Counted from the stretch's first letter, positions 9,466 through 20,613 are shown. The stretch: 64,000 nucleotides of DNA from Polyangiaceae bacterium (GCA_965222375.1 CBDCTZ010000016.1:1568001-1632000), one strand, 5' to 3'. Program-made: numbers and translations. The notes: generated by a model from the letters alone, not told the origin.

Positions 9466-11488
9466 ATGCCAAGCAGCCAAGCAGCCAAGCAGTCGCGCGA
9501 CAACTGCGCGGGTAGCGGCGGGCCTACTACTAGTGGTGGCGGCGGTGAGTGCCGGCATCGCGTGTTCCGCTGAACAAGGTGAAGAAGGGAACGAGCCAGG
9601 GGTTGCGTCCAGCTCCCAGGCACTTTCTGAGTGTGTGGGGACGTTGCATGAGCGCACCCTTGCTCTGCCCTACTCGAAGCGCATCGCTACGATTCGCACT
9701 TGCGTCAAGCCACCGCCTCAGCAACTCGAAGTAGACTGGGTCGTGGGCGGCAAGGTTGTGGACCCCGTCAGCGAGTGGCGGAAGAACTACGAGGCGTTCG
9801 CGACCATTCATCACAAGCTGGATCCCGCCATCGCTGCCACGGCGTCGGGCGAAGTCGACGTGGATGTCTGGTTCGCCATCGACGAGCGAGACCTTCCCTC
9901 CAAGGAAGTGCTGCTCAACGATTCGGGCGCCCGCGTCGCGGCCCAGACGACTCGGGATGCGCGGACCTCCGCGACGGCGAGCGCGCTTCGAAATGAGATC
10001 TCGACTCGCATTCCCACGGCGGTGTTCGCGCCACCTCTGGCTCGGCCCATCCCACGGCTGACGCTGCGCGTGCCCGCCACAGCCCTGCCGCTGTTGGGCC
10101 AGTCCGACGAGGTCGTCCGGGTCATGCCCGCCGCCGACCATGAAAAGGAAGTACTCCAGTCCGAGAACTACATTCAGTTGGGGCTATTCGACACCTTGGC
10201 CGCGTTCGGTTGGACCGGCAGCGGCATCACCGTAGCCATGCTCGAGGGAGCTCAGCCCGACAGCTATGCCAATCTGAATGGTGTGCCAACCGGTGGCGTG
10301 TGCGGAGGGAGTTTCCTCTGCGCGTGCTCATCGGGCAGCACCGACTGGCACATGCGCGCAACGATGGGAATCGTACGAAACTCCGTCACGGTCTGGGGTG
10401 GCGCTGCCAGCGCCGTCACCACGCTGCCCGCAAACTGGGCCGGAGGCACGTGCACGTTGAGCGGTTCCGCGGTCTGGGCACTCAACAATGGCGCGAGCGT
10501 CATCAACCGCAGTGCGTGCGGTTCCCCAGGCAGCCCGCAGACTGGCACGGACCTCTACTTGGACTACCTGGCCACACAAGGCCCGTGGCCGACGATCACA
10601 GGTGTCACCGGCAACAACTCGCCCACGCCAGCTCGAAGCTGCATGAACCTGCACAACGGCCTGGTGGTCGGCGCTGCGAACGACAATGGCTCCGCGCTGC
10701 GAACCAACGCAACAATGTCCCCCGCGAGCCAGACGGCCAACTGGGGCGGCGCATCGGGGTGGGAGCTGCCCCACGTCGTGGCGCCAGGCACCCAAATCGA
10801 CAGTGCAGACGAACTGCCCGGTCAGATTGAACTGATAGGGAATGGCAATGGCTGGTCCAGCTATGCCGCGCCCCAGGTCGCCGCGGTCGCGGCGGCCGCC
10901 CACCAGGCAAATATCGCAATCAAGGGTTGGCCAGAAGTCTTCATTCCCGCGGTCCTGGTGGGCGCTGACGAGAATGTTGACCAGGCCATGGGCGGCGTCT
11001 TTCCGCTCGACCTGAGCGACACCATCGACGATCGGGATGGCGCCGGGCTCCTGAACGGCTGGGTCACGACTGCGGTGCTCACCGCTGGCAACAAGCGGGA
11101 TGGCGGCAACTCGCCGTCTCCCGTGGGTCACGACTACGGCACGCTGACGCTGACTTCCAATGGCTGGTACCCGGAGTTCTACACGGCTCGCGTGCAACCC
11201 GGGCAGTGGCTACGGGTCGCCGCACACGCGATGGCGAACGTCACCTGCGGTGCGCCCGCAAACGAGACTAATTGCACGGGCACGGCACTGCCGATGTTCT
11301 CCCTCTACGCTGGGTCCAGCGTCAACTACCCCCAATTCGTAGGCTACAGCGCCAATCCAAACCAGACCTATCAGTACACCGCGGTTCAGAACACCACTGC
11401 GAGCGTGATGGACTTCACCATCGCAATCTACCAGTACCAGAGTTCAATCTCATACAGCACCTTCGGTCTGACGTGGGTCGCACAGTGA
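9466..11488 (+). CDS. S8 (subtilase-like) serine protease lipoprotein; likely start ATG 9466 is currently out of frame because of an 8-bp tandem repeat
   Basis: TGSGITVAMLE, DWHMRATMG, GASVINRS, ELPHVVAPG, SSYAAPQVA, DGAGLLNG; lipobox AGIAC. GGGGGTGA precedes ATG 9466. Alternative in-frame starts at 9224/9377 give implausibly long leaders. Confidence 0.8.
9469..9492 (+). repeat. Simple sequence repeat (CCAAGCAG)x3
   Basis: ATG CCAAGCAG CCAAGCAG CCAAGCAG TCGCGC read directly. Confidence 0.95.
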
Positions 11489-11495
11489 GAGGCGA

Positions 11496-12065
11496 ATGAT
11501 GAAGCAACGATTGACATATCTGGTTTTTCTCGTGCCGGTGGCTGCTCACATCATTGTGTCGGCATGCGCCAAGGACGAGGGGGAGCGCAAACCCGACTCG
11601 GGCGCGGCGGGAAGCGCGGGCATGGACGGCTCCGCTGGGTCAGCGGGAGATGCTGCGACGGGCATCGACGCCACCCTCGACGGTGGTGCCGATGCCCAGC
11701 CCGACAGCGACGCATGCCCGCCCTACGACTTGAAAAGCTACGACGGGAGCACCGATGGGCTGTGTCCCGCGGAAGAGAACACCGGTTGCTTCTGCTTCGA
11801 GCTGACGCAAGGAGGAGGAATCGAGTGTGATCCGAACGGAGCGGGTTGCGTGCTCATTCCTTCAAACTGCGACCGCTGCGGCTGGCTCGACTGCACATCC
11901 TACACGGCCAAGTGCGCAGCAGTGTATGCGGAGTCAGAAACTGAGAAGGCGAAGCAGGCGACACCACGCTACCCCTGCGTGAGCGATAGCGACTGCTCTG
12001 CCCCGCTCACGGGGCCGTTTTGCAACGACCGCATCGGCAACCGCATGTTCTGCGGCGAGCCCTGA
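11496..12065 (+). CDS. Cys-rich lipoprotein, co-oriented with the S8 protease
   Basis: Signal ending IVSAC, Gly/Asp linker, Cys-rich C-terminus. GAGG RBS; start 7 nt after the S8 stop. Confidence 0.8.
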   Translation: MMKQRLTYLVFLVPVAAHIIVSACAKDEGERKPDSGAAGSAGMDGSAGSAGDAATGIDATLDGGADAQPDSDACPPYDLKSYDGSTDGLCPAEENTGCFCFELTQGGGIECDPNGAGCVLIPSNCDRCGWLDCTSYTAKCAAVYAESETEKAKQATPRYPCVSDSDCSAPLTGPFCNDRIGNRMFCGEP

Positions 12066-12304
12066 CGCACGTTGTTCGGCCGTCCGAAGTGCGCAGCGCT
12101 ACGGAACGCGACTCGCCGAGCACAACGGCCGCCTTGCGATTCAGTCACGTACAAGGAGGTGCAGCCGGTATCGGCAATCCACGTTCTGCGAAGCCGGAGC
12201 AAGCCGCTCCGCGGCGGACCGCCGCGACGCAGCGCTGAACCCGAGTCCCCGCAGGAGCGCCAAAGCGAGGCGGCGCCAGTCACCCGCCAAGCGCGGCCGA
12301 AGGC

Positions 12305-12357
12305 GGGAGTAGTGGCCCTGTCTGCACCAGGCCCGCGACCCCCAATTCCCAATCCCC
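12305..12357 (+). repeat. Dispersed bipartite motif, copy C
   Basis: GGGAGTAGTG-N21-CGACCCCC AATTCCCAATCCCC. Confidence 0.85.
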
Positions 12358-12435
12358 AGCGACGGCACGCACTTCTCCAGTGTGCCGTTCTTCGGGTCCA
12401 GCGCTGCCGAGTGTACGGGGGGTGCGGAGTGCGAA

Positions 12436-12463
12436 GTTGAGAGTTTGTATACCAACTCTCAAC
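12436..12463. promoter_or_regulatory. Perfect inverted repeat upstream of uvrA
   Basis: GTTGAGAGTT-TGTATACC-AACTCTCAAC; function unknown. Confidence 0.45.
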
Positions 12464-12569
12464 CCGCGGGGATGTGGGGTGCCACACGCCCGGCTTGGCG
12501 AGCCGCCCGGGATGGCGGACCGTGCGCGGGCTGATCGCCGTAGCGCACTCCGCACCCCAGATCGCGCGC

Positions 12570-12996
12570 CCCCTGTCGCCCGCCGCCAGCGTTCGCTATA
12601 TGCGCTAGCGAATGCTGCCCATCGAGCTCAAGGGTGCGCGGACGCACAATTTGAAAGGCGTGAGCCTCGACTTGGCTCCGGGCAAGCTGGTGGTGCTCAC
12701 TGGGGTCAGTGGGGCGGGTAAGAGCAGTTTGGCGCTGGATACGTTGTACGCGGAGGGGCAGCGGCGCTTTGTCGAGAGCTTTTCGCCCTACGCGCGGCAG
12801 TTTCTCGAGCGGCTGGAGCGGCCGCCGATGGAGAGGCTCGAGCCCGTGGCTGCGGGCATCGCCGTGGATCGGCGTGCACCGGTGAAGAGCTCGCGTTCGA
12901 CGGTGGCGACGATGGCGGATCTGGAGCCGTACTTGTCGGCGTTGTTCACGCGGGAGGCGCAGCCGGTGTGCCCGGAGCACGATGCGGAAGGCGTGG
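12570..12996 (+). repeat. 427-bp direct repeat, copy 2 (intact uvrA 5' end)
   Basis: Matches 8571-8997. Confidence 0.97.
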
Positions 12997-15900
12997 AGCT
13001 GGACGTGCAGGGCGCTGCAGGACGCGTGCTCTCTCATGGACACGGCCAGCGCGCGGTGATCACCTACCCGCTTTCGATCCGCGACGCAGAGCACTACCTC
13101 GAAGTGCGTGAGCAGCTGGCGGCGGACGGCTATCGGCGCTTGTGGCTCGAGGGCAAGGCGCGGGATATCGATTCGGTCAAACCGTCGGAAGTGCTGAGCC
13201 ATACCGCCGCACACGTCGTTGTGGATCGGCTGCAGCTCGAGCCCAGCGCTCGAAAGCGCGTGGCGCAAAGCGTGGAGCAAGCCTTCGAGCGCTCTGACGG
13301 CGCCGCCCACGTGCACGGAGTCGATTTGTCGCTCACGTTGCATCGCGGGATTTCGTGTCCTGAATGCGCCCGCGACCTCGAGCCTCCGCGCGCAGGGCTG
13401 TTCTCCTACGAATCGCCACTGGGTGCGTGCCCCGAGTGCCGCGGGTTCGGCCGCACCATCGGGATCGATTGGCACAAGGTCGTGCCCGACCCGAGCAAGA
13501 CGCTCAAGGGGCGCGCGATCCGCCCTTGGGCCGGCAAGAGCACGTCCTGGGAACGCACTCAACTGAACAAGTTGTGTCGGCGCCACGACATCCCGCTGGA
13601 CGTGCCGTGGGACAAACTCACCTCGCGCCAGCAGGCCATCGTCATGGAGGGTGATGGCGGTTGGGACGAGGGCACCTTTCCGGGCGTGCGTGGATGGTTC
13701 GCGTATTTGGAGACGCGCACCTACAAGATGCACGTGCGGGTGCTGCTCGCGCGCTATCGCTCCTACGATCGCTGCGCGGTGTGCAAGGGACAGCGCCTCA
13801 ACGAGCGTGCTCTGTCCTATCGCGTGGGTGGGCTCAACATCGCCCAGTGGCATGCCCTGGAAATCTCTGCGGGCTGCACGAAGATCGAGCGGATCCAAAC
13901 CCGCACGGGGCAGGGCGAGTTCGCACGCCGCGAGATGGCGTCGCGATTGAACTACCTGAACCGCGTTGGCCTCGGTTACCTGACCCTGGATCGCCAAGCC
14001 CGCACTCTCTCGGGCGGCGAGGCCCAGCGCGTCACTCTGACGGCTGCTCTGGGCACTACTCTGTGCAACGCGCTCTTCGTGTTGGACGAACCCACGGTGG
14101 GGCTACATCCTTCGGACGTTCCGCCCTTGGTCGACGTGTTGCGCGAACTTTCGCGCCGCAACAACGCGGTGCTCGTGGTGGAACACGATCCCGCGCTGAT
14201 TCGCGAGGCTGATCGGGTGGTGGAGCTCGGGCCCGGCGCGGGCGACGCCGGTGGCCAGCTTGCCTTCGACGGCACGCCGGACGACGTGGCTTCCCGTGGC
14301 GGCGCTACGGCGCGTGCTTTGGCGCGCCATCCGCGAACTGGGCGCCCCCGCAAGGCCAATGAGTTCCTGCGGATCAAAGGCGCGCGTGCCAACAACCTAC
14401 GCAACGTCAGCGTGAAGGTGCCCCTCGGCGTGGTGTGCGCCATCGCCGGGCCTAGTGGATCTGGCAAGAGCACCCTCGCGGAAGACATCGTGTACCGCAG
14501 CCTCGCGCGCCACTTCGGAGCCTTCGATGTCGAGCTCCCTGGCGAGCATGACGCCCTCGATGGCCTCGACACGCTCCGCAAAGTCGTGCTCGTCAATCAA
14601 GCACCCCTCGGCCGCACCTCTCGCGGCAACGCTGGCACCTACACCAAAGCCTGGGACGCAATCCGCGCCGCCTACGCCGCCGAGCCCGAAGCCCAAGCCC
14701 GCGGCCTCACCGCGTCGCACTTCTCCTTCAACGTCGAGGGCGGCCGCTGTGACACTTGCGCCGGCGAGGGCCACGAGACTGTCGAGATGCAGTTCTTGGC
14801 GGATGTCACGCTCACGTGCCCCGTCTGCAGGGGCTTGCGCTTCAAAGAGACGGTGCTGTCGGTGCAGCACCGCGGGCTGAGCATTGCCGACGTGCTGAGC
14901 GCGACCATCGATCAAGTGCTCGAACGCTACGCCGACTCGACGCCCGTGCTGCGCGCTCTCGGCCCGGTGTCGAAGCTCGGATTGGGCTACCTGCGCTTGG
15001 GGCAACCCTTGAGCACGCTCTCGGGGGGCGAAGCGCAGCGGCTCAAGTTGGCTCGCGCCCTTGCGGACAACAACGCGGGTGCCCTCTATGTGCTCGACGA
15101 ACCCAGCGCGGGGCTCCACGCCGACGAAGTGAGCCATGTGCTTTCTGCCATCGACGCCATCGTGAAGAGCGGGGGCAGCGTGATGGTCGTCGATCACGAC
15201 ATACAACTCATCGCCGCGGCGGATTGGGTCGTCGACTTGGGCCCGGGTGCGGGTCGCGATGGTGGCAAGATCGTCTTCGAGGGCACGCCGCGCCAGTTGG
15301 AGCGCGCCGACACCTTGACCGGCCTCGCCTTGGCCGAAAGCGTGCGCGCCAAAGAAGGCGTGACGGATCCCGAACCGCCGCCGCAGCTCGGGCTGCGCGT
15401 CGAAAACGCCCGCGAGCACAACCTCAAGGAGCTCAGCATCGAGATCCCGCACCAGGCGCTCTCGGTCGTGACCGGGCCAAGCGGTTCCGGCAAGAGCACC
15501 CTGGCCTTCGACGTGGTGTTCGCCGAGGGCCAGCGCCGCTTCCTGGAAACCCTGACGCCCTACGCGCGACAGTTCTTACCCACCTTGCCCCGCCCGGACG
15601 TGGACTCGGTCAGCGGCGTGCCGCCCTCCATTGCTCTGGAACAGCGCACCACCCGCGCCGGCGGCAAGTCCACGGTCGCGACCGTAACGGAGGTCGCTCA
15701 CTACTTTCGCCTGCTCTTCGCGAAGCTAGGTACGCCCCATTGTCCCGATCACCATGAACCCATCACGGCTAGCTCCGACGCCACCCTCTTCGACGCCGTG
15801 CGCAAGCGCCGCGGAAAAGTGACCTTGCTCGCTCCCGTGGTACGCGCCCGCAAGGGCCTCTACTACGACGTGTTCACGGCCGCCGCTCGCGACGGCATCG

Positions 15901-17924
15901 AACTGGCTTACTGCGATGGCGAACTGGTCGCCACGGATGTGCCGCCCACGCTCAAGCGCAACAAAGAACACACCATCGATCTGGTCTTGGCCCAAGGCGC
16001 AGCCGCCAAGAGCTTCGACGACGCACTGCTATCTCGAGCTTTGCGGTGGGGCCAGGGCGGCCTGAAATTGCGCGACAGTCGCGGCCACGAAACGTTGCTC
16101 TCGATGCTCAGCGCCTGCCCGGCGTGCGGTTTTTCGGTGCCGGAGTTGGACCCGCGCTGGTTTTCTTTCAACACCGCCCAAGGGCGTTGCAAAAGCTGCA
16201 ACGGCGAAGGCGTGATCAGCGACGCGCCCAAGCGACGGGGGCGCCGTCGAAAAAAGAAGAAGAAAAAGAAGAAGGTTGTTGGGAATGGCAACAGAGCTGA
16301 ACTGGAGACTCTCGCACCCTGTCCGGAGTGTGCCGGGTCGCGTCTGTCCCCGATCCCCCGCGCCGTACGCCTCTTCGATCACTCCTACGCCGACGTCGTC
16401 AACGAATCCGTTTCCGCCGCGCTGGCGAAAATCAAGAAGTGGAAGCTCAAGGGCGACGCAAAGACCATCGGAAAACCCATTCTGAGCGAGTTAGTCGATC
16501 GACTAACTTTTCTCGAACAGGTCGGTTTGGACTACCTGAGCCTGGATCGAGCCGCTGCCACGCTTTCTGGCGGCGAAATGCAGCGCTTGCGCCTCGCGGC
16601 GCAGTTGGGCGCGGGTCTCACCGGCGCTCTGTATGTACTCGATGAGCCCACGATCGGATTGCACCCGCGAGACACCGGTCGCCTGTTGGGCAACCTTCGC
16701 AACTTGGTCGATCTCGGTTCGACGGTGGTCGTGGTCGAACACGACGCCGACACGATCCGCGCGGCGGATCACCTGGTGGATCTCGGTCCCGGGGGCGGCG
16801 CTCGGGGCGGCGAAGTCGTCGCTGCAGGCAAGCCCGAGGACGTGCTCGAGCTGACCCAATCGCCGACCGCACGTGCCCTCTCGAATGAGCCAGAACTGCG
16901 CGCGTCTCGCCCGATCCCAAAAGGACACCCGATGCTCCAATTGACTGGCGCCGCGGAGCACAACCTGCGAAATGTGACCTCCCAGTTCCCGATCGGGCGC
17001 ATGAGCGTCGTGGCCGGAGTCAGCGGCTCGGGCAAGAGCACGCTGGTGCGCCAAGTTCTGCTACCTGCGCTGCGCGAGCAGTTGGGACTAGTCACCGAAC
17101 CTCCTGGAGCCTTCAAGAAGCTCACGGGCTACGAGCGACTGCACCGCGCGGTTGCCGTGGACCAATCACCCATTGGGCGCACGCCCCGCTCGGTCCCCGC
17201 GACCTTCCTCGGGATCTGGGACACGCTTCGCAAGATCTACGCCGCGACCCCGGACGCAAAGATGGCCGGCTTCGACGCGGCGCGCTTCTCCTTCAACACG
17301 CCTCGGGGTGGACGCTGCCCCGAGTGCCAAGGTCAGGGCGTGATCAATCACGAGATGAGCTTTCTGCCCGACGTCACGACGGCGTGCCCGGTATGCGAGG
17401 GCACCCGCTTCGAGCCCCAGACCTTGGACGTGCGCTACCTCGGCTACAATGCGGGCGAGCTACTCCAGCTCACCGCCGAACAAGCCGCAGCGCTGTATGT
17501 GAACCACCGAGACATCGCGGGCCCGCTCCAGACCCTCGTGGATCTCGGCGCCGGCTACATCTGCCTGGGCCAAGGCTCCCACACCCTCAGCGGCGGCGAG
17601 GCGCAGCGCCTCAAGCTTGCAGCCGAACTCACCGCAAGCGTGCGCCACCAGCCGACCCTCTACGTCTTAGATGAACCCACCACGGGTCTGCACCTGGCCG
17701 ACGTCGCCAAGCTCGTCGGCGTCTTGGACCGCCTCGTCGAGCGCGGCGACACCTTGATCGTGATCGAGCATCACCCCGAGGTCATCGCGGGGGCCGACTA
17801 CGTGCTCGAACTCGGCCCGGAGGGTGGAGCGCGAGGCGGACGGGTGGTTGCGCGGGGTGCGCCGCGGGATGTGGCGAAGAAGAAGACGGCTACCGCGGAA
17901 GTATTGCGGCGTTTCGCTCTGTGA
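12612..17924 (+). CDS. uvrA: Excinuclease ABC subunit A, double-length form (four ABC ATPase domains)
   Basis: 1770 aa; four Walker A motifs ([16 protein letters not shown] x2, GVSGSGKS), four LSGGE signatures, LDEP Walker B motifs, CxxC zinc modules, FSFN motifs. Confidence 0.97.
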   Translation: MLPIELKGARTHNLKGVSLDLAPGKLVVLTGVSGAGKSSLALDTLYAEGQRRFVESFSPYARQFLERLERPPMERLEPVAAGIAVDRRAPVKSSRSTVATMADLEPYLSALFTREAQPVCPEHDAEGVELDVQGAAGRVLSHGHGQRAVITYPLSIRDAEHYLEVREQLAADGYRRLWLEGKARDIDSVKPSEVLSHTAAHVVVDRLQLEPSARKRVAQSVEQAFERSDGAAHVHGVDLSLTLHRGISCPECARDLEPPRAGLFSYESPLGACPECRGFGRTIGIDWHKVVPDPSKTLKGRAIRPWAGKSTSWERTQLNKLCRRHDIPLDVPWDKLTSRQQAIVMEGDGGWDEGTFPGVRGWFAYLETRTYKMHVRVLLARYRSYDRCAVCKGQRLNERALSYRVGGLNIAQWHALEISAGCTKIERIQTRTGQGEFARREMASRLNYLNRVGLGYLTLDRQARTLSGGEAQRVTLTAALGTTLCNALFVLDEPTVGLHPSDVPPLVDVLRELSRRNNAVLVVEHDPALIREADRVVELGPGAGDAGGQLAFDGTPDDVASRGGATARALARHPRTGRPRKANEFLRIKGARANNLRNVSVKVPLGVVCAIAGPSGSGKSTLAEDIVYRSLARHFGAFDVELPGEHDALDGLDTLRKVVLVNQAPLGRTSRGNAGTYTKAWDAIRAAYAAEPEAQARGLTASHFSFNVEGGRCDTCAGEGHETVEMQFLADVTLTCPVCRGLRFKETVLSVQHRGLSIADVLSATIDQVLERYADSTPVLRALGPVSKLGLGYLRLGQPLSTLSGGEAQRLKLARALADNNAGALYVLDEPSAGLHADEVSHVLSAIDAIVKSGGSVMVVDHDIQLIAAADWVVDLGPGAGRDGGKIVFEGTPRQLERADTLTGLALAESVRAKEGVTDPEPPPQLGLRVENAREHNLKELSIEIPHQALSVVTGPSGSGKSTLAFDVVFAEGQRRFLETLTPYARQFLPTLPRPDVDSVSGVPPSIALEQRTTRAGGKSTVATVTEVAHYFRLLFAKLGTPHCPDHHEPITASSDATLFDAVRKRRGKVTLLAPVVRARKGLYYDVFTAAARDGIELAYCDGELVATDVPPTLKRNKEHTIDLVLAQGAAAKSFDDALLSRALRWGQGGLKLRDSRGHETLLSMLSACPACGFSVPELDPRWFSFNTAQGRCKSCNGEGVISDAPKRRGRRRKKKKKKKKVVGNGNRAELETLAPCPECAGSRLSPIPRAVRLFDHSYADVVNESVSAALAKIKKWKLKGDAKTIGKPILSELVDRLTFLEQVGLDYLSLDRAAATLSGGEMQRLRLAAQLGAGLTGALYVLDEPTIGLHPRDTGRLLGNLRNLVDLGSTVVVVEHDADTIRAADHLVDLGPGGGARGGEVVAAGKPEDVLELTQSPTARALSNEPELRASRPIPKGHPMLQLTGAAEHNLRNVTSQFPIGRMSVVAGVSGSGKSTLVRQVLLPALREQLGLVTEPPGAFKKLTGYERLHRAVAVDQSPIGRTPRSVPATFLGIWDTLRKIYAATPDAKMAGFDAARFSFNTPRGGRCPECQGQGVINHEMSFLPDVTTACPVCEGTRFEPQTLDVRYLGYNAGELLQLTAEQAAALYVNHRDIAGPLQTLVDLGAGYICLGQGSHTLSGGEAQRLKLAAELTASVRHQPTLYVLDEPTTGLHLADVAKLVGVLDRLVERGDTLIVIEHHPEVIAGADYVLELGPEGGARGGRVVARGAPRDVAKKKTATAEVLRRFAL

Positions 17925-18147
17925 CGTTCGCGTGCTCGGAGCTTCTCTGGATGGGACGTACCGGTGGATCCAGCCCAGGAAGTACGCTTGGATCGTTAGG
18001 AGTGGTGGGGTCGAGCTCTCGGCTGCTCTTCTGCTTCGTGTGGCAGCTGCACGCCCGATGCTGCATCATTCTTGCGTGGGGTTTGTAAGAAGGAGCAGCC
18101 TCGTCCGCACCGTCGATCGCGAAGGTAGTGCGTTCTCGACGGCTCGA

Positions 18148-18603
18148 GTGCACGGGTTGATGATTCTCATGGTTGGTGCAGTGCTCGGCTGCGGAGGCGA
18201 AGTGGCTCGAAGTGGCGACGTTCCCGCGGATGCCGGTTTGGAGCGTGATTCCGGAATTTGGTTGTTGGACGTTGGCGCGGACCCTGTTGATGTTGGGTTC
18301 GGACCCTGCGGGGGTGAGATTCAGGAGGGGTGTGTCTGGACGAGACCGACCGCGCCCAACGGGCAACCGGCGCATTTGAACGCGGTTTCCATTCGGCTTC
18401 GCGATTCAGATGGTGAGGAAACCGTTTTGCTTCGAGTTGATGGCGCTGGCGCGTGCAGCAAGAAAGCGCTGGGTTGGTACGTGGACGTCGTTGACGGTGG
18501 ACCGGAGGTGCAGCTCGTTGCGTGTCCGGAAACCTGCGACGTGATCACCTCGAGCGGCCAGCAGGTCCTTCTGATCCCCGGGTGCGTCGATCCGAAACCA
18601 TAG
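18148..18603 (+). CDS. Small lipoprotein carrying a Cys-containing domain like the C-terminus of myxobacterial vWA proteins (start uncertain)
   Basis: VLGCGG lipobox; CVWTRPTAPNG...GACSKKALGWYVD...VACPETCD...IPGC pattern. Confidence 0.55.
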   Translation: MHGLMILMVGAVLGCGGEVARSGDVPADAGLERDSGIWLLDVGADPVDVGFGPCGGEIQEGCVWTRPTAPNGQPAHLNAVSIRLRDSDGEETVLLRVDGAGACSKKALGWYVDVVDGGPEVQLVACPETCDVITSSGQQVLLIPGCVDPKP

Positions 18604-18698
18604 ACCGCGCCTTGAAGGCGGTCGTGGACACCCGCTCCGCTGTTACGTTCGTTTCTGAGTTTTCCTTGCACGAAGGGAGTCGCTACGGCGTCGACACC

Positions 18699-19073
18699 TC
18701 AGGCGGCGTTGAGCTGTTCGCCGCTGCTGAACGAGAGAGAGTGGGGAGTCTTCGCCACGGTCAACGGATAGGCCCACACCACATCTCGTCCACCCGGCCG
18801 GAACAAGAAGATGAGCCGCCGCTCGAGTTCATCGAGGATCTCCACGACGCACTCGAGGCGTATCTGCAGCCCCTCCACGATGTACTCGGGCGACATGGGT
18901 TTGGCCAAGCCAGGAAGTTCTCGCACCACGAAGTGGTGCAGACGTCGTTGTTCTTCGCTGAGCCCGCCGAGGCTCCGAGCCGTCTTCTTCGCTCCGGCCT
19001 TCATGGCGGTTCGGAACAGTGCTTGCGGAATCGGTAGCATGCGACGTTTGTATCCGAGCAGTACGGTTTCCAC
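18699..19073 (-). CDS. MerB (organomercurial lyase)-like protein; terminal TGA is probably selenocysteine
   Basis: HTH-like region, then VVWAYPLTVAKTPH...GEQLNAA-TGA-GVDAVATPFVQG. The TGA occupies the position of the MerB Cys in CxxD. AAGGA RBS before GTG 19073. Confidence 0.75.
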   Translation of the reverse strand: METVLLGYKRRMLPIPQALFRTAMKAGAKKTARSLGGLSEEQRRLHHFVVRELPGLAKPMSPEYIVEGLQIRLECVVEILDELERRLIFLFRPGGRDVVWAYPLTVAKTPHSLSFSSGEQLNAA

Positions 19074-20374
19074 GACGGGTTGTCCTTGTCTGGAAGCCAC
19101 GCCATGTCCGCATGGTTACACCAACCGCCCTCGGGAATGCGCAGCAAGTGTTCGGTCACACCACCGCGGTCGAAGGTATTGCCCATGAATAGGATCCCCG
19201 ATCGTTGGAGGTAGGCCGAATTGCCACCGCCAAGCTTCAGGGCGGGGTTACTGCTGCGCGCGTCGACGCATTCCACGTCAACTAGCGCCAGGTTCGAGGT
19301 CCCTTTCATGCTGGAAGCGCAGATCTTAGTCTTGGTGACGCGGACGCGATAGATCAGCGTGTTGCTGCCGACGCCGAACGCCGTGTCGTTATTGTATGGA
19401 TCGGTGCCCTCGAACTCGAGGTCGCTGACACGCCAATCCACGTTGGTGCGAATGATCTGTGGGTAGTTCGCGGTCGACGCGCTCTTGATCAAAGGCGCTG
19501 GCCCGGTGCCGAAGGCACCGAGATGCCCCGGCCCGGAGGCATTCATGCCCAATTGATTGGTTGAGGTCCATGTTTCGCCGCGGGCGAGGAGGATGCGCCG
19601 GGCCCCGGAACCGATCTGCGCGCTGACGGCGCCGTTGAACGACGCGCTGCTGGCTGGCTGTACCTGCTGGGCGCCGCTCGGGCACCCAGTGAAGTTGCCG
19701 CTCTTGCTCAGGCACACCGTCTTCCCTTGAAACACCGTATTTGGATCGTCGACGGTCACCTTTGTTGTCGCCGTCCCGCACTCCGTGCCGCGCCACGCGG
19801 TAAGCGTCACCGTGTAGGTCCCCGGCTGCTCGTAGACGTGCCCGGAAATCGGTCCACCTTCCTCACAGCCGACAGGCTTTCCGCTGTGTGGCCAGGTGGG
19901 ACCGGTGGTGCAATCTTGGTCGCCGAAGTCGAACTCGTAGTGCATCCCGCGCAGCGTGTTCACGGCCGAGTTGGTGTGCGTCGTTGCCAGGCCATCGAAG
20001 CGAACCGCGAGGGGAGCAACACCGCTCTGGCGGTGCGCCGCGAGTTTGGCGTTGATCGCTGCGCTTGGGGTTTTGCAGGTATTGGTGACAATTCCCGGGT
20101 TTCCACCTGTCGCACCGCTACCGGCAGAGCCCCCGCTCCCGCCGACCGCACTGCCGGCGCTGCCACCTCCCGCGCCTCCAGCAGCACCGCCGGCTCCAGC
20201 ACCGCCGGTTCCAGCACCGCCGCCGCCAGCACCGCTGGACGCCGCCCCGCCACCGACCCCGGCCGCAGCACCCGACCCTCCGGGGTCGTCGCCGCCGTCA
20301 CTCCCGCCGCACGCGGTCATGAAGCCCGCGATCAGTCCCACGCCCACCAATGAAAAAGTAGCCCTGCCGTTCAT
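19001..20374 (-). pseudogene. PKD-domain lipoprotein with beta-helix-like region, probably 3'-truncated near 19125
   Basis: MTACGG lipobox; SGVAPLAVRFDG, EFDFGD, HVYEQPGTYTVTLT. The last ~40 aa read through the upstream and start region of the MerB-like gene in another frame. Confidence 0.65.
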
Positions 20375-20613
20375 ACAGCCAGTGACTGCAATGAACGGAC
20401 CACCGGCTCTGGCCTTCCCGTTTGGCGACCTCGCGGGAATTTGAAGCCCTTCCGAACTCCAAGTGTTCCAAATCGGAACGGAGAACGTTCTGTGTGCCCG
20501 AGCTCTCGGTCGCTTGGCTTGGCGTCGGTGATTCCAGTCGCGGTCTGCTCCACCCTCTCGCAGGTGTCGCCCCTGACCGCTTCACGCGCCCGGACCGCGC
20601 GATGGCTAGTGCA

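Noticed and set aside
8571..12996. Diversity-generating retroelement TR/VR pair
   Set aside because: Mismatches are not adenine-specific, over half are synonymous, and no reverse transcriptase is present.
12459..13997. 512-aa minus-strand ORF, plus similar long antisense ORFs (8292-9623, 14397-15452, 62496-63890, and plus-strand ORFs within 172-3165)
   Set aside because: Shadow frames of well-supported genes on the opposite strand in high-GC DNA.
18004..18040. Extra copy of the bipartite motif (TGGGGTCG)
   Set aside because: Half-site only; no CACTA element 21 nt downstream. Could be a decayed copy but is unsupported.
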